This document shows, piece after piece, positions 12,540-24,127 of a DNA stretch of 64,000 bases. Numbering within the stretch: the first letter of the stretch is position 1; the number at the start of each line of letters is the position of its first letter. The notes beneath the pieces are model-generated. The model ran no database searches and had not been told where the DNA came from. It saw only the letters and a program-made list of their open reading frames with translations. This stretch comes from Octopus sinensis (Eukaryota): assembly GCF_006345805.1 (NCBI RefSeq), contig NC_043003.1, positions 40,982,001 to 41,046,000 on the forward strand, in the 5' to 3' direction. Made by a program: the position numbers and the translations under genes.

Positions 12540-12760
12540 AAATAACTCTTCATTATTACCTATCGTCATAGGTGCATTAGGCTATGTACCTACAAATTTA
12601 GACGAAAGCCTACAAATACTAGGTTTTTCGTAAAAAGCGTAAAAGAAACTGACTAGGAATTCTCCAAATCCAAATTATTAGTGGCACGGTACAGATTTGT
12701 GAGACATTCCAGAAATTATCCATGTAAGATTCTTATTTTCATAAATAAACAGACATCGGT
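12540..12760 (+). mobile_element. Old R4/Dong-type LINE 3' remnant
   Basis: Reads LPIVIGALGYVPTNLDESLQILGF, resembling the PIIVGALG end of the restriction-like endonuclease domain of the element at 25.7-26 kb; followed by stops and frameshifts. Confidence 0.5.
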
Positions 12761-12968
12761 GTATGCATTGACAGTTCAATCAACATACTAACTCAACCAC
12801 ATATTTACAAACACTAGGGACATTATTAACGCAAAAAGCTTGGTCACTCTTTAGCGGTCAGCTTGAATTCTCTTACGAAGAACTAAATAAAACTCAAAGA
12901 AAAGTCATACATACATACTCACTTAAATACACACATACAGAAGGTATGTAGGTTGATAAATCGATAGG

Positions 12969-13006
<38 letters not shown>

Positions 13007-13242
13007 ATATATAATATAAATATATATATATATATAACAAGAAGGGTAGTAATATTATTTACTACCAGGTGCCCAGCACAAAAGACGAATTAGTCATAGA
13101 CAAAATATTATTCATATAGAAAAATATTATTCATGTAGTTATACAATTAGGGCTCCTAAATAAAGATGCCGAGTGCTGGGAACACAAAAAGGGGATGAAT
13201 TTATCGAGAGTGAAAATCAAAAACGTTTACCGATAACTTTAA

Positions 13243-13317
13243 CAACTCGTACCGCGGTTTCTGCTTCTTTCTAGCAAACAAGAATATGTTTGCTAAGGCA
13301 GCTTCATCAGCGAGTTG
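13243..13317 (-). ncRNA. Type I hammerhead ribozyme motif with palindromic stem III
   Basis: Minus strand: CAACTCG-CTGATGA-AGCTGCC-TTAGCAAACA(TATTCT)TGTTTGCTAG-AAAGAAGCA-GAAA-CCGCGG-TA-CGAGTTG. 7-bp stem I, intact core, GUA triplet; A.A mismatch at the base of stem II. Confidence 0.7.
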
Positions 13318-13877
13318 CCTGAATTTAATCGAGGTCTGCAGCGATGTGGGGCTATACGTTAAACCCGACTACTAGCAGATCTTAACTTTTCAAATCTCTG
13401 CGCAGACGCAAAATTTACGCGGGCATTGCCGGGAACAATTTTACGCAGGCATGCGGGAAGAATTTACTGTGTTTGCTAGAAAGAAGCAGAAACCGCGGTA
13501 CGAGTTGTTAAAGTTATCGGTAAACGTTTTTGATTTTCACTCTCGATAAATTCATCCCCTTTTTGTGTTCCCAGCACTCGGCATCTTTATTTAGGAGCCC
13601 TTAATGTATAACTACATGAATAATATTTTTCTATATGAATAATATTTTTGTCTTATGACTAATTCGTCTTTTGTGCTGGGCACCTGGTAGTAGTTAAATA
13701 ATATTACTACCCTTCTTTTTTTATCTTCGCATACTACATGATGAATTATTCGTAAAATTCTTCCCGGCATGCCCGCGTAAATTTTGCGTCTGCGCAGAGA
13801 TTTGAAAAGTTAAGATCTGCTAGTAGTCGGGGTTAACGTATAGCCCCACATCGCTGCAGACCTCGATTAAATTCAGG

Positions 13878-13956
13878 CAACTCGCTGATGAAGCTGGCCT
13901 TAGCAAACATATTCTGTGTTTTGCTAGAAAGAAAGAAGAAACCGCGGTACGATGTG
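13878..13956 (+). ncRNA. Second copy of the same hammerhead motif, with small indels
   Basis: CAACTCG-CTGATGA-AGCTGGCC...GAAA-CCGCGG-TA-CGATGTG. A 3' half copy also lies at 13468-13507. Confidence 0.55.
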
Positions 13957-14073
13957 TTAAAGTTATCGGTAAACGTTTTTGATTTTCACTCTCGATAAAT
14001 TCATCCCCTTTTTGTGTTCCCAGCACTCGGCATCTTTATTTAGGACCCTTAATTGTATATATATAATATATAT

Positions 14074-14506
14074 ATAATAAATATTAGGGAATAAATCCAA
14101 ACTTACAGGGAAAAGTCAGATTTAGGATTAAATCCAATTTTATAGTATAAATATATTATATTATATTATATTAAATTAGAGATAAAACCACTATTAGGCA
14201 AATCAAACAATGAAAAATATAAGCCAATACATAAAATTAATTAATTTATATTATTTTAAATATATATCAAAAGTATTCATTGCTAAACCTCGCTAAGATA
14301 TTTCAATTAACCTGAAGATTGACTGTAACCATAACTCGAATTATTACGAATTGTACAGCCATGAAACGATCGTAGTGTTTTACTCTTTATCTTTATTAAA
14401 CTTTTAATACTTTTGATATATATTTAAAATAATATAAATTAATAAATTTTATGTATTGGCTTATGTTTTTCATTGGTTGATTTGCCTAATAGTGGTTTAT
14501 CTCTAA

Positions 14507-14512
<6 letters not shown>
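14074..14512 (+). mobile_element. Hairpin element with about 108-bp inverted arms and a hammerhead-like motif between them
   Basis: 14169-14277 is the reverse complement of 14406-14512; (TA)n on both sides; a fragment of the same arm (ATTAAATTAGAGATAAAACCACTA) recurs at about 33180. Confidence 0.75.
14307..14379 (+). ncRNA. Type I hammerhead-like motif
   Basis: CTGAAGA-T-TGACTGTA...TACAGCCA-T-GAAA-CGATCG-TA-GTGTT. Intact core, palindromic CGATCG, GUA triplet; stem I poorly paired in this copy. Confidence 0.5.
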
Positions 14513-14565
<53 letters not shown>

Positions 14566-14569
<4 letters not shown>

Positions 14570-14735
14570 GGAGTGTTTACGAGGAAACACAAAAGACGAA
14601 GACAGGTGGTGTCAAAACAAACATGTATATAGTATAACTCATCTTAGGAATAGAAAGAGTCTTTTACGTTTCGAGTTACGCTCCTCTACAGAAAGGGACA
14701 AAAAAAACGAGAGAAAAAATGTATGTAGTGGCTAA
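14566..14735 (-). mobile_element. Second copy of the 1258-1505 element family, HHR-like motif at 14661-14695
   Basis: Minus strand CTTT-CTGTAGA-G-GAG(CGTAA)CTC-GAAA-CG-TA-AAAG followed by sequence alignable to 1380-1470; (TA)n on the left side. Confidence 0.6.
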
Positions 14736-14815
14736 CGATACACACACACACACACATTATATATTATATATATATATAATATATATCATACATACTTATA
14801 TAATATCTATATATC

Positions 14816-14847
<32 letters not shown>

Positions 14848-15021
14848 CTATATTATAATAATATATAATATTAGTGAAATAGAAAGATGAATAATCTTGT
14901 AGTAGATAATCAAAGTTTAACCGATACCTTAGTAGCAAAAATCACAGCAGTAAACAGCACGGTTGGAGGTACAACCATATGTGTGTTGCAACCGTGCGTT
15001 GGTGCGGATAATTGAAATTAA

Positions 15022-15331
15022 AACATTATTGGTGACTTGAAGAATTGAGCTGAACGCAGATTGAACAGAAATCGTTTTATTTCATTCTACACGTGTTCGA
15101 AAGGCAAATTACCAAAATCCGATTGAATAATGGGACCATATTGTGTCTTTCTCTTCAGGAAGAAAATAGGAAAACGGATTTCCTATTTTCTTCCTGAAGA
15201 GAAAGACACAATATGGTCCCATTATTCAATCGGATTTTGGTAATTTGTGCCTTTCGAAACACGTGTAGAATGAATAAAACGATTTCTGTTCAATCTGCGT
15301 TCAGCTCCATTTCTTCAATTCACCAATAATG

Positions 15332-15333
<2 letters not shown>
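15022..15333. repeat. Near-perfect palindrome (about 150-bp arms, 5-nt loop 15174-15178) with a hammerhead motif in each arm
   Basis: Arms are reverse complements apart from a few 1-2 nt indels; ends at a (TA)n tract. Confidence 0.9.
15187..15274 (+). ncRNA. Type I hammerhead ribozyme motif, closest to canonical in the window
   Basis: TTC-CTGAAGA-GAAAGACACAA...TTGTGCCTTTC-GAAA-CACGTG-TA-GAA. Intact core, G-C closing pair of stem II (10 of 11 bp), palindromic CACGTG, GUA triplet; stem I short. The mirror copy at 15081-15164 (minus) lacks one A of GAAA. Confidence 0.7.
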
Positions 15334-15372
<39 letters not shown>

Positions 15373-16865
15373 TATATGGCTCATATACTCTTAATTCACA
15401 CTGAAACTTAAAACAATAATTTTCCTGCTTTAATCTTGGAATCCCTTCAAATGTTATGGTGCTTTTATCTCTCCGTCATCAAGGACTATATAAAGTATAT
15501 TTTTTATGTCTGAATGTATCATATGTGCCACATATGTTCATATGTTCTTTCTATACAGTAAATATTTTCATGTATGTGGATTAACTATATCTATTTTTAT
15601 AAAGTCTTCAATAGATTTTCCCATCTAATTCCCCGAATATATTGGTTTGAAGGAAATACATTTAAAGACCGTTCTAAATAGTAATTATAGTAATTAAATC
15701 CTTTTTCGTCTACCGTCTAATTTGTATAACAATAACATCTACCTAACGCCATTCCTACTTCGTCTCCTCATTCCTGCCCTCTTTCGAACCTCACATAGTT
15801 AATAGTCAGATTGAAAATGACAATTTGTTTGGCGTTCTTCGTGGAATTAGTCATTAGCTTCAATAGCCGTTCATATTTATTGTTGTCACTAACGCTTCAT
15901 ATATAATGATTTATTACCATTGATAGCAAAAATATTTATGAAGAAAGAGTTTATTGCCGATGACCTATTCCTTATAAGTCAAAATTTCTTCATCTAGAAA
16001 TCGAATGTGAATTATTTAATTAAGAAAAATAATAAAATACAGCACAACCGTATTCGGGATATACTTATTTGCTTCTCCATCATAATGGTCATCAGATATG
16101 CTTATTGTATGTATAATAGCTTAGCTTTTCTTACACTAGATTTTAGCAGCTGAAAATTATCTTTTTCCTCTCCCTGTAATAATCGTTTTTGTATATTTCT
16201 TACGATTTTAGTGAAGAAAGTTTTCTTGTACATTAAAAACTTAAAAGTAACATTGAGCGTCCCTTTCTTACTATCTTCAAGAATCAATAGCTCCCTAACC
16301 CCTCTCTTATTGGAATGTACATCAATCCAATTCAGACTTATTTGACTGTGTAATGTGCGACTATTTGGGAACATTCCAACTTCCGTCATCCATATTGTTT
16401 GCGTCTATTTCGGTTTTGTTCACTTGTACCAAACTATAACCGAAAAAAAAAATCTGTTAATACCAGACAGTGTTTTGCCATATGAATGGATTTTTAAAAT
16501 TTATTTGACTGTCAAATTATTACTCTAAAAGAATTGATTAACATACCACTGACAGATACAATTTTACTCTTTTCTGTCTTAAAATATCTATAAAATGCTG
16601 AATTCAGCTCGTGCAGTTTTTACCTTCCATGGTGTTCTAAATTATCTGTACAACTTGCGAATCTGCCTCACTGCGTCGTCAGCCTCTTGGACTTCTCTAG
16701 GCAAAAGCATATTTTATTGATAATAATAAAATATTTGATTTCAGATATATGACGTTATAGCTGCGAACATTTGCTTCGTATAACTTTCGTTCATAACTGA
16801 AGAGAGTGATGTACATGTTTCATGTTCTCTTTCATCAATAAACTTTTATTATCATTGCTATCCCA

Positions 16866-17085
16866 AAGAAGGCGACGTGCTGGTAGAATTATCAGTACGT
16901 TGGATCAAATGCTAAGCAGCATTTCGGCCACCTTTCCGTCCTGAGTTCAAATTCCGCCGTGGTCAACTTTACCTTTCATCCTTTCAGGGCTGATAAATTA
17001 AATACTAGTAAAGCACTGGGATTGATGTGAACGGTTATCCCCATCCCCAAATTACAGGTCTTGTGCCTATAGCAGAAAGGATTAT
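16866..17085 (+). mobile_element. Diverged tRNA-derived SINE
   Basis: AAGGCGACGTGCTGGTAGAA...GAGTTCAAATTCCGCC...CTTTCATCCTTTC, same family as 22977. Confidence 0.75.
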
Positions 17086-17104
17086 TGATACCATGAAGAC
17101 TTTT

Positions 17105-17260
17105 GCATGGGGAGAGTCGTTAGAGCATCGGAGAAATATTCCTGGTGGCACAACCCCAACGCTGCCTTTTACGTTCTGAGTTTAAATCACGCTGAATCCA
17201 ATTTTTTCTTTCATCTTTTCAAAGACAATGAAAAGAAACTACGGTCAAGTGTTGGTTTCA
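17105..17260 (+). mobile_element. Highly degenerate SINE fragment
   Basis: TACGTTCTGAGTTTAAATC...CTTTCATCTTTTC resembles the SINE core. Confidence 0.5.
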
Positions 17261-17479
17261 AATGTATTGATTAACACTGATCCCTCAATATAGTTGGCCT
17301 TTTGCATAAGTCAGCATTTCCATTATTGTCTTCAAAAAAGTAAGGACCAACGACGGCAGCTTTTCCAAAGGAACACCAGACCGTCACTTTTGGCCTGTGC
17401 AGTGGTCTTTAGTGCAGTTCTCTCGGATTTTCAAGAGCTTAATAACAACAGCTCTACTGATTCACTATGCCATTGAGAT

Positions 17480-18099
17480 GAAGATGAGTTTCATTACTCT
17501 TTAACAAAATGAGGTTGTCATTTGACTCAAAAATTGCTTGCATCTCACGTGCGAACTTAAGCCACCGTGCATTGTCTCAAGGTTTCACTTGTTGATCACT
17601 AACCAATTTATACTGGTGGAAATGCAGGTTTTCATACAAAAACACCTTACCCATCGATTACGATGCCAAGTTCAATGGAATGCCTTCGAGCAGAGCGTTC
17701 GGACTCCGTATCAAACCTGTCTGACGTGTTCCTCATTTTCCGGGGTCCGTACCATTCGTGGCGCCTCCACCGGCCTCCTATTTATTACTGTACCTCGTGT
17801 ACGAAGAACGTTCACCCAACGTAAGATCGTGTTACGGGTGGGAACAGAATAATTTAGGTGAATGTTTAAGTGGCGCCGAAACTCACGCTGAACTGCTGTA
17901 ACAGACTCATTATTTTTCACGTAACTTTCGTAGGCAAACAGGCGATGCTCTATCGCCCATAGTGCCATGGCTTTACTTGAAAAGAAAAAAGAAATGTTAG
18001 GACACCATGGACGGGATAGTACCTGTGGGACATATGTCCCTCCTGCTGGGGATGAGTAACTGCCGTTTGAAAAGCGTCTGTCCTCTGTGCTCCACCCTG
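17480..18099 (-). mobile_element. Tc1/mariner-superfamily remnant (N-terminal HTH region plus one terminus)
   Basis: ORF 17711-18130 contains EHRLFAYESYVKNNESVTAVQREFRRH...PTRNTILRWV...RTPEN, typical of the DUF4817-type transposase HTH; terminus TA|CAGGGTG on the minus strand at 18099-18101. Confidence 0.75.
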
Positions 18100-18841
18100 T
18101 ATCTATACTTCCGTGAAATTCAGAAACCAACTCCTAAATAAATTAAACCATCGAATCCATCACTGTACACACACGCACACAGTCGCATATCTATATATGT
18201 ATGTATGTATGTGTGTATGCATGCATGCATGTATGTATGTATGTAGGTAGGTAGGTAGGTAGGTAGGTAGGTAGGTACCCACACGTGTCTATGCACATAG
18301 GTACACCACGATATATACACAAGCAGACGATTCATACGAAAAAGAAAGTGAAAAAAATGAAAAAAAATGAAGAAAATGAAAAAAAATATAGTAGTTATTG
18401 CATAGAATTTAAGAGTTTTCAATATCTTTCAATAATGACAGGTGAATCAAACGTACCGTAGATCGTTGTAGAATATAAATAATATGAACACTTCCTTATC
18501 GGGAAATTACTAAGTTCGTTTAAAATTAAAAAAATATTTTCGGTATCACTATTATAGGTATTCTATACTCTGGTGGAATTAAGAAATCAACTCATAAATA
18601 AACGAAAACCTAGAATCCATCACTGTACACACACACACATGCGCGCGCACACACATACATACACGCACACATACACAGACACGCAGTCGCACATCTATGT
18701 ACGTACTAATGTATGCATGTATGTATTTATGCATGTATAAAATATAATTAAGATCCAGTTGAATTACGTACTTAAATTGAGGTACCAAGTTCGGTATAGT
18801 CCGGTCAACTCGAAGTTAGGTGAACAAAATGCAAATAAGTA

Positions 18842-19380
18842 ACAAGAATGATGTCCAGGTATCAATGCATTACGACCGTTTCTAGCGGCTCCATTTAATC
18901 GACCAATGAAAACATTACATCAATTTCAAAGAAACCGCTCTCATCAGACGTAGATGAACATACAGATTTCCAACATAAATGATAAACCATTTTTTAGAAA
19001 ATTCATATCAATACTAGAAATCAAAATAATTATATGGTTTCCTTATGTTATATTTGTGGCAGAATGAATTTAGAGAATAATACATGTCTTATTAAGCCTA
19101 CTATAATTGTGACTCTCTAAATTATAATAGGCTTAATAAGATATGCATTATCCTCTAAATTCATTCTGCCACAAATATGACATGAGGAAACGATGTAATT
19201 ATTTTGGTTTCTAGTACTGATATAAATTTGCTAAAAATGGTTTATCCTTTATGTTGGAAATTTATATGGTCATCTACACCTGAAGAGAGCGGTTTCTTTC
19301 TAATTGATTTAATGTTTCCATTGATCGATTAAATGGAGCCGCTTGGAACGGCTGTAATCCATTGATACCTGGATACTTGT
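18842..19380. mobile_element. Older fold-back element (about 260-bp arms, 11-nt loop) with a hammerhead-like motif in each arm
   Basis: Arms are reverse complements diverged mainly by substitutions; centre CTTATTAAGCCTA...TAGGCTTAATAAG. Confidence 0.85.
18866..18952 (-). ncRNA. Type I hammerhead-like motif in the left arm
   Basis: Minus strand: TACGT-CTGATGA-G-AGCGGTTTC...GGAGCCGCT-A-GAAA-CGGTCG-TA-ATGCA. Intact core, 9-bp stem II, near-palindromic stem III. The right-arm copy (19275-19361, plus) has CTGAAGA but GGAA. Confidence 0.55.
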
Positions 19381-20229
19381 TATTTATTTACATTATGTCT
19401 TTATTTATGGATATCTGAACATTTTCAACTCAAATTTTCATCGTTTCCAGCCACTCATCCAATGAGTATTTCTGCCAAATTTGGTGAAAATCCAGTAATT
19501 TAGAAAGCACATAGACAAAAAGAGAAAGACGAGTGATAACAATACCATGTTTTCACTTACGCGCGCAGGGTAAAAGGATAAAAGATACCATTACAACAGC
19601 TTTGATTTTGTTATTCCGTGTTTCTAAACATTTTATTTCTTCTGTTTAATTTCTTATTATCATAATATTTTGAGTTCTATATTTCCAAAATATACTGCTG
19701 TCTTGCTTCAGAGCTGGACCTGCTAGTGTCAGATAGGAATTAGAATAAAGCAGTAGAAAACATGTTAGAAACACACCAAGTGCTTTTGTTTCCGAATTAT
19801 TTTTTAGTGGATTATTTTTTTCTAAATTGGATGATGTTTTGTGTCAGTTCGTTCGAGCTGTTTAAAAAGAACTTCAGCAGTGTGTTGAATTTCTTTAGCC
19901 CAATTTGAGCAAAAAACAGACTTTTTTTTATTTATTCATTTATATTTTTATGATCGACTTTGAACACAAAATGTCAGCTATAAATGACCTCACAAACAAA
20001 AGTTTTGACAGCTGCTTAAATGCGCCCGCACACACGAAAGAGATGAAAATATTGCAAAACGTAGTACACGCAATTTGAATTAAAATATTTCGTACACAAG
20101 AAAATGATTTAAAAAAAACTCTTAACAACACACATATTTGTGCATATACCGTCAGGTATAATAAAATGTTTGATAGAAGCAAGTTCCACTTAGAGAAAAA
20201 CTCTCGCAGTCATGTATCACTAGGGATTC

Positions 20230-21000
20230 TATTGTCTAATCTCCTAGGTATTTGTCCAAGAGCAAGGAGAAGTACTTTGATGACATTTTAAATACTTTCT
20301 AGTGAATATTTGAAGGACTCCTCACCGATATGAGAAACAGATTTTTTGTCTTAGAGTGAGATAGGTTGTGCAGTACTATTTGCCTAGGTTACGAGAGCGC
20401 AGGCGAAACAAAATATTAAAGAGAGTAAGGTTTAAGCCCACCCGTAGTATTGCACTGAAATATAAAATTCAGGTCAACAGACGTGTAGTATTAGTCATAC
20501 TGGCATTGATATTGGCTCCCAGCTCGTTGTTATATTGTAACGCAATATGGTTGAGTGGTAAATGCAAGGATGACGAGAATTTCTAAATGATCCGACTAGA
20601 TCAGCTTAAGTTTTCATGTCCTTACGCATTCTTAGTATTCGGACGCAGTTTCAGAACCGTGTCATGTCAAGGAAGAAGAAGCACCAGCAGTTGGCATTTG
20701 TGTTACAAAGTCGAAAGCCCACGTGTTATAACTGTGGGCCCAAAATCCACTTGAAAGCTTTCTGCAGTAAAATAAATGAAAAAGATATGTCTTGAAGACT
20801 ACTCTTCCCATAGTACCACCAGTCAAACTCCAGAAACAGTGAGAGGAATTTCTTCTCCTAGATCGATGACGCAGACGTTACCGAAGCACTATTCCTACAA
20901 GTTCTATCTCATTCACTTACAATCATGCGGTATGAATAATGGCTGGCGAGGAGTGGCAGAGATTTGCGGAGAAAATTATATATAGAAAGAAGAATCAAAA
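20230..21000 (+). mobile_element. Possible degenerate LTR-retrotransposon gag remnant
   Basis: About 20715-20770 translates as KPTCYNCGPKIHLKAFC, a CX2CX4HX4C knuckle; the surrounding frames are broken and no LTRs or pol were found. Confidence 0.35.
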
Positions 21001-22597
21001 TCCTCGAGGGAAAGCAAAAAGGGCACCGGGAAATGTATCTCTAAGACGGTATTAAGTTCATGGTTGTTAGATTGTGCAACTTATTTCTCGGAATGCATCT
21101 GTGCGTTAATGAATATGACAAATAGGAAGATATAGGATACGACCTGGGGGAGATATTGAGTTAATACACAGATGGTATGCTCAATAATTTACCATATTCT
21201 CAAGCAGAAAGACTTAGGGGTTAGATCCATTTTAGTACGGACAAGACAAAACAGGCTCACTGGTACCTCTAGATGTATCTAGTTGAAAAAATGAGTCGCA
21301 AGTGGGTAGAAATGAGTCCACTTATCTATTGAACTTCCACTCGTTTTCGAGTGTAGAACCTAATTTCTCCATGAGTTGATGCGTGAAACAATGAATGAAG
21401 GAATGTGTGTGAGATATTTTAAACGTGTAAAGGCTTTTCCCTACATTTTATCGCGTAGAAAAAATTCTCGCATAAGGAAAAATAGTGTTACTACACAGTA
21501 GTCAACCCAGGGAGCACTCTGTTGGACTGATGAATGTTTTCTGTAAAACCTTCACAAATTCAAATATCCAGCTTCAGTTTGTATTTTCTTAGTTAATCCT
21601 TCACTAAACTACTTAGCTATTTCTTTAGGAAAATGTGTACTGTCAGTCAATAATATTGAATACTATGCAACAAAGGAAGTAAAGCTTTCTGGTTATTTCA
21701 GAATTATCTCCCTTGGTAGCCGATGCTGTAGAAAATTAATGAGGACGAAATGTATCCATCAATATATTTCATATATTTTATATTACTTCATTTTGTCGAA
21801 TAATATATTTTTATAATCATTTTTAACATTTCATGTGCGCTTCATTGCGCATATTTTTCTCTTTTGCCTTGAAATATTTTATTTTGAATTATTAGTCATT
21901 TTGCTATTTCTCGCTGGGATATTATAAAAAAATACACAACATTGTTTCATCCAATGTCGTAGTGAAACGAAAGACCCTCTCAATGGTGGTGGCAGATTTG
22001 CGAAAATAGATAACTACGCAAAAAACGATATCTCTCACACGAACACAATTCCATTTAAAAGTAAGATGTGATTGGAGAGAAAAAAAAAGAAAAAAACAGA
22101 AAAAGCAAAGTCGAGTTGAAAATCTCCTATTGTGAGAAAATTAACCATAGCAACAAACTTTGCGACGGAAGAGGCCTCAGCAGCTTTGTATAAATAAGCA
22201 AAATTAACGTGAACGAGAATACCAAGAATAACCATTGTAACAGCATCGATATACATAAAGAAGTAACGCTAACATCGTCCTTTATCAGTCTTGCGCGTGA
22301 TTGGATTAATTACTTCAGATGCAAGAATAGGGAAACAAAAACGTTGGAGAGCCTGCACTTACGCTACTTAGGAGCAGATATAAATTGTAGCCATGTTTCC
22401 CCAGGTTACAAGATTGTCTGAGGGGGAAGAGTCGGTCTACCGTACCAATTGATGCGCAGGCATATGGGGAATTTTCGATAAGTGCAGAGATACCCCGACA
22501 GTAAGCAGGTATGTCGATTTTTTTTTTTGAAGAGATCGTCTCTTTGGCATTATCTGCAGATGACGATTAGACTCTCTAATTCTCTCTTTCGCACCTC

Positions 22598-22706
<109 letters not shown>

Positions 22707-22976
22707 AACTTATATAAATTAATGAAAGAACTTCATATAGTAACGGATTAATATTCTGTTTAACGATTAGTACAGTCATTCTTCGCCTAAAAAGAATAGA
22801 AACGAAAAATGGGAAAAAACAGGGTTAAGAGGAGACAGAAGGAAAGTGCTATATTAAAAGTTACGCGGTTTTGTAAGAATTGCTGGCAAAATGTGAGTGA
22901 CTGTAATGATGCTTCACAGATAAAACAATTTTACGATTAGATAATGAGTAAAATTAATATCATATGTGCTGTGTAA

Positions 22977-23203
22977 CGCGGCGAGCTGGCAGAAACGTTA
23001 GTACGCCGGGCGAAATGCTTAGCGGTATTTCGTCTGCCGCTACGTTCTAATTTCAAATTCCTCCGAGGTAAATTTTACCTTTCATCCTTTCGGGGTCGAT
23101 TAAATAAGTACCAATTACGCACTAGGGTCGATATAATCGACTTAATCCGTTTGTCTGTCCTTGTTTTATCCTCTCTGTTTAGCCCCTTGTGGGTAGTAAA
23201 AAA
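22977..23203 (+). mobile_element. Full-length tRNA-derived SINE
   Basis: GCGGCGAGCTGGCAGAAACGTTAG...TTCAAATTCC...GGGGTCGAT...GTTTAGCCCCTTGTGGGTAGTAAAAAATA; reverse complement of the 5409/46902 family. Confidence 0.9.
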
Positions 23204-23372
23204 TAGGTATTTCGTATGTCCTTACGTTCTGAGTTCAAATTCAGCCGCGGTCGATTTTACCTTTCATCATTTCAGGGTGATGAATTAAGTACCAGTAGCA
23301 TATTTGGGTCAAACTAATCGACTGCCCCTCCCAAACAATTTCGGACCTTATGCCTAGAGTATAAAATATTTT
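23204..23372 (+). mobile_element. Second partial SINE in tandem
   Basis: GGTATTTCGT...TACGTTCTGAGTTCAAATTC...TAAGTACCAG immediately after the first copy. Confidence 0.75.
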
Positions 23373-24084
23373 ATGCGCTGTGTTTTAGAGAAACTGTGCG
23401 TGCGGTGGTCAGTGTTTATATGTGTGTATTCATGTAGGTATGAGTAGTTCTAATGGAAGGAAATACTGATATATATGTACATAACTATATGAATTATTTC
23501 GTGTGTATTACTGTAATCATGCGTGTTCAAAGAATAGTTATTTAAACTGCATTTGAATGTTCTTAGACTGCATGCGCGTATGTATGTAATTATGTGTACT
23601 TATGTAAGTACATATATACATGTATATGCATATTTAAATATATGTTTGTGTGTGTGTATGTGTGTGTGCGTACGTGTATGTGTGCGTGTGTGCATATATA
23701 TAAACATATGTATTCATGTGTGTGTTTCTATATATGTATCTATGTATGTGTGTATGTATGGGACATGAGTTGTTTGTGTTTACCCCTGAATTTATTTTAT
23801 TTACGTTGTTTTATTCTGTTCCGGATATTTTTCCAAGCAGTATGTGTGCTTCACTGTTCATTCGCAATCTCTACTTTCTCTAGTTACTTTCAATTGCGAT
23901 TTCACTGACAGTATTATTTGTATCAGTAACCAATTTGAAATCGCAGTATATATTATGGCGTAAAAATGCTCAGATACTATCATACATCCTACCCCACACC
24001 TATGCACACTCACGCACAAAAGTATAATATATATATGATTGAATATTTATATGAGTAATACATGTATAAATGCCTATACATGCA

Positions 24085-24127
<43 letters not shown>

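Larger units (their letters stand above)
13039..14059. mobile_element. Fold-back array of an about 449-nt HHR-bearing monomer (A-B followed by inverted A-x-B-A)
   Basis: 13039-13270 is the reverse complement of 13470-13717; 13271-13430 of 13755-13915; 13916-14059 repeats 13470-13610. Flanked by (TA)n on both sides. Confidence 0.85.

Noticed and set aside
13039-14059. CRISPR-like or satellite interpretation of the repeated blocks
   Set aside because: No short regularly spaced direct repeats with unique spacers and no cas genes; eukaryotic context.
16102-16389. 95-aa non-repetitive ORF on the minus strand
   Set aside because: No recognisable domain, and the nearby splice acceptor does not lead into this frame without a stop.
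16795-16850. CTGAAGA followed by a short hairpin
   Set aside because: No GAAA or stem III downstream and no stem I.
19450-19580. Possible Helentron/HINE-like 3' end (CCAAATTTGGTGAAAATCC...CGCGCGCAGGGTAA)
   Set aside because: Resemblance from memory only; no second copy or matching 5' end in the window.
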